A stretch of 63,122 nucleotides of DNA, counting the filler, from Octopus bimaculoides (Eukaryota): assembly GCF_001194135.2 (NCBI RefSeq). It is 5 parts of 4 records of this genome, joined end to end, with 100 filler letters (N's around TTAATTAATTAA, not from the genome) between each part and the next. Parts side by side here need not be neighbours in the genome. Positions count along the whole stretch, not along the records: positions 60,381 to 63,122 come from NC_069000.1; 4 more parts are not named here. One strand, 5' to 3'. Within the stretch, counting starts at the first letter, position 1, and the number at the start of each line of letters is the position of its first letter. This document shows positions 60,627-63,122 of the stretch, one piece after another. The notes under the pieces are model-generated. The model did no database searches. It saw only the letters and a program-made list of their open reading frames with translations, and was not told the origin of the DNA. The translations under genes were made by a program, and so were the position numbers.

Positions 60627-61532
60627 TCTACTACACATGTGGGAAATTTTGTCTGTGGGTGTGTTTGTAGAGTTGGTAGCTAAATCATTTTATCGATTTT
60701 GATGAAACTTGACACGTGAGTAAAACTCATATTTGGAAACCTCTTGGCATACTCAGATTGTTGACAAAAATTGATAATGGGGCCTCTGGAAGCGATCCTT
60801 ATATATATCTAATATATTTCATTTCAAAAGCCAAGAGAAATACTCCATTCGCCCCTGGAAGAGATCCTTATATTTAGCCAATGGAAATAACCTATTTCTT
60901 TTCCTAAATCATTTGGTATAAATCAAATAGAGTATGCTCATTTCTTAGTATTTGAACTATTTGAGTTATTTTCGCAATTTATCCAATAGAACCCTTAAAC
61001 AAGTAAATAGTATTTTCCTAAACAATAGATCCACTTATTTCAGTTAGTGACTTATTCACGAACATACCAACACTATCGCCGCTGAGGGTAATATTCTCTG
61101 GGAACACACAAGAGCCCTTTTCAGAGTTATTCACTTTGAATTGTTATTATCTCATATGTGATTAGCCTGTTATTACGTAACATGGTTCACGATTTTAGTG
61201 TACATACCTTATTAGTATTTCCTCCTAAGTTCTATATACTCTGGGAACGCACTGAAGCCGTTTTCGGAGCTACTTTATTTGAATACTTACTATCGGGTAT
61301 CTAATTTCATGTTATAACATAACTGACTTCACAATTAGGGTATTCATAACTTATTGGGAATTCCTAAAAACAAGATCCTGTTTGAGAGAGTTCGGTATTC
61401 TTTGTAAATGCACAAATACCGCTTTAATGGCTATATACTTAGTATTGTTGTAATTGGTTAAGCAAAACAATTATGAGAACGGAACCAAGCGATAAGCCCC
61501 GCATTCCTGGGAATTACGGGTACGTCAGCTAG
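60627..61532 (+). mobile_element. Non-autonomous Helitron-like element (906 bp)
   Basis: Starts TC after A (60626), has ATCGATTTTGATGAAACTT near the 5' end and internal subrepeats. A 3' hairpin CCCGCATTCC-TG-GGAATTACGGG (~61498-61520) lies 8 nt before the terminal CTAG (61529-61532), followed by T. Confidence 0.85.
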
Positions 61533-61659
61533 TAGCATCATAATTGGATATAACGAATGCAACAACGGAATTATTCGGCGGTAGCCGGCATAATAGTATA
61601 GGAGCTCTTAAATGCGGACTCAAAAACGTCTTCCGTAGACGAACTTAAAGGAATGTCTC

Positions 61660-63045
61660 CCACACTTTCCTTATTCTTCTTCCCTCCCTTTCACCGTTCC
61701 CTCTGTGTCTCTCACTCCTCCTCTTCCTCCTTGACCCTCTTGTTGCTGACACGTGACGAAAGGGGTTCTTTCTTTCTGCCCATTGGTCTTCCTAAAAAAC
61801 ATACATGATTTTTCCGTCTCTTCTACTTAGCGTTCATAATAATTTTTCTATCGTATTGGCTCAACAACCCTCAGCGTTTGTTTTTACTGTCTTGTTCTCA
61901 CTGTCCTGTTCTTGTTAACACTTTCAGCCTCCGCAAAAAATCCCAAATTTTATTTAATTTGCTTTGCGGGAAGGACTGATCCAACGAAGTCGCGTATTGT
62001 CTTTGCCTTCGAAACGCAGAGTAGATGAATCAGGAACAACTGACAAAGGGGTATACTCTTTATGTTGCATGTCTCATTTCTCTTTTTGTTTTTTTTCGTT
62101 GTTCGCAAAAAGTTCGTTTTCTGTTTTCGTTTTTATGTTTTCGTTTTTCGTTTCTCATTGTGTTTAACGTTTTTTTGATACCCTGTACCCATATATGCAT
62201 GTATGTATTCATATAGATGTAGGTATGTACATATATGTATGGATATACGCATATATCTATATATTTATACTATTATATGATCGAACGCCACACATCCTTT
62301 TCCAACTAAGTTTTATCTTAATAATTACTATGCGCACTCTTCTACTATCTCTCTCCCTCTCTTGTTCTTCATCCTTTCTGTTTTTCTCTCCCACCCTTTC
62401 CTTATTCTTCTTCTCTCCCTTTCACCGTTCCCTCTGTCTCTCTCACTCCTCCTCTTCCTCCTTGATCATCTCGTCGCTGACACGTGACGAAACGGGTTCT
62501 TTCTTTCTGCCCACTGGTCTTCCTAAAGAAGAGACGTGATTTTTCTGTCTCTTCTACTAAGCGTTCATAATAATTTTTCTATCGTCTTCGCCCAACAGCC
62601 CTCACCGTTTGTTTTTACTGTCGTGTTTTTACTTGTTTTTACTGATTTTATTGTTTCTACTGTTTTTATTGTTTTTACTGTTTTTATTGTTTTTACTGTC
62701 TTGTTAACACTTTCACCCTCCGCAAAAAAATTCAAATTTTATTTAATTTGCTTTGCGGGAAGGGCTGTTCCAACGACGTCACGTATTTTCCTTGCCTTCG
62801 AAACGCGGAGTAGATGGACAGGGACAACTGACGAAGGGATATACTCTTTATGTTGCATGTCTCGTTTATCTTTTTGTTTTTTTTTTCGTTGTTGGAAAAA
62901 AGTTCGTTTTCTCTTTTCGTTTTTATGTTTTCGTTTTTCGTTTCTCATTGTGTTTAACGTTTTTTTTATATCCTGTACCCATATATGCATGTATGTATAC
63001 ATATATATGTAGGTATGTACATATATGTATGGATATACGCATATA
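61660..63045. repeat. Two tandem units of non-coding repeat family X
   Basis: 61660-62270 (5'-partial) and 62272-63045 align along their length; followed by (TATC)n to the window end. Confidence 0.92.
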
Positions 63046-63055
63046 TCTATATCTA

Positions 63056-63122
<67 letters not shown>

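Noticed and set aside
62790-62845. Family X read as a type-II hammerhead (GAAAC...GUA...CUGACGA)
   Set aside because: No stem I can form between the putative cleavage site and CUGACGA, and the hairpin after CUGACGAA is followed by UUAUG, not GAAA.

Overview
Eukaryotic, AT-rich, gap-rich draft-assembly window that is mostly intronic and repeat-derived. The repeat families resemble those of coleoid cephalopods (Octopus-like); this is inferred from repeat style, not proven. Nearly all ORFs in the supplied track are microsatellite, gap or retroelement artefacts. Host gene: a minus-strand gene missed by the ORF track, with two clear calcium-binding EGF exons (44626-44745, 40772-40891) and a speculative phase-compatible exon chain ending in a GPI-signal-like tail (20321-20378). 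Mobile elements: a near-complete but dead Penelope-like element (PLE, 611-4865) with direct and inverted pseudo-LTRs, two more PLE fragments, R4/Dong-, CR1- and Tx1-like LINE fragments, Tc1 and mariner relics, a 93-bp MITE, a non-autonomous Helitron, a 1.77-kb foldback element with an 8-bp TSD, and at least four SINE families. The main signal is self-cleaving RNA: four unrelated minimal type-I hammerhead architectures (10 copies, plus weaker candidates) with non-canonical cores (U3-A8, C4, U6). One of them is embedded in a tRNA-headed, tail-less SINE-like element whose 5' end forms a head-to-head palindrome, a candidate Pol III-driven, ribozyme-processed, PLE-mobilised retroelement.
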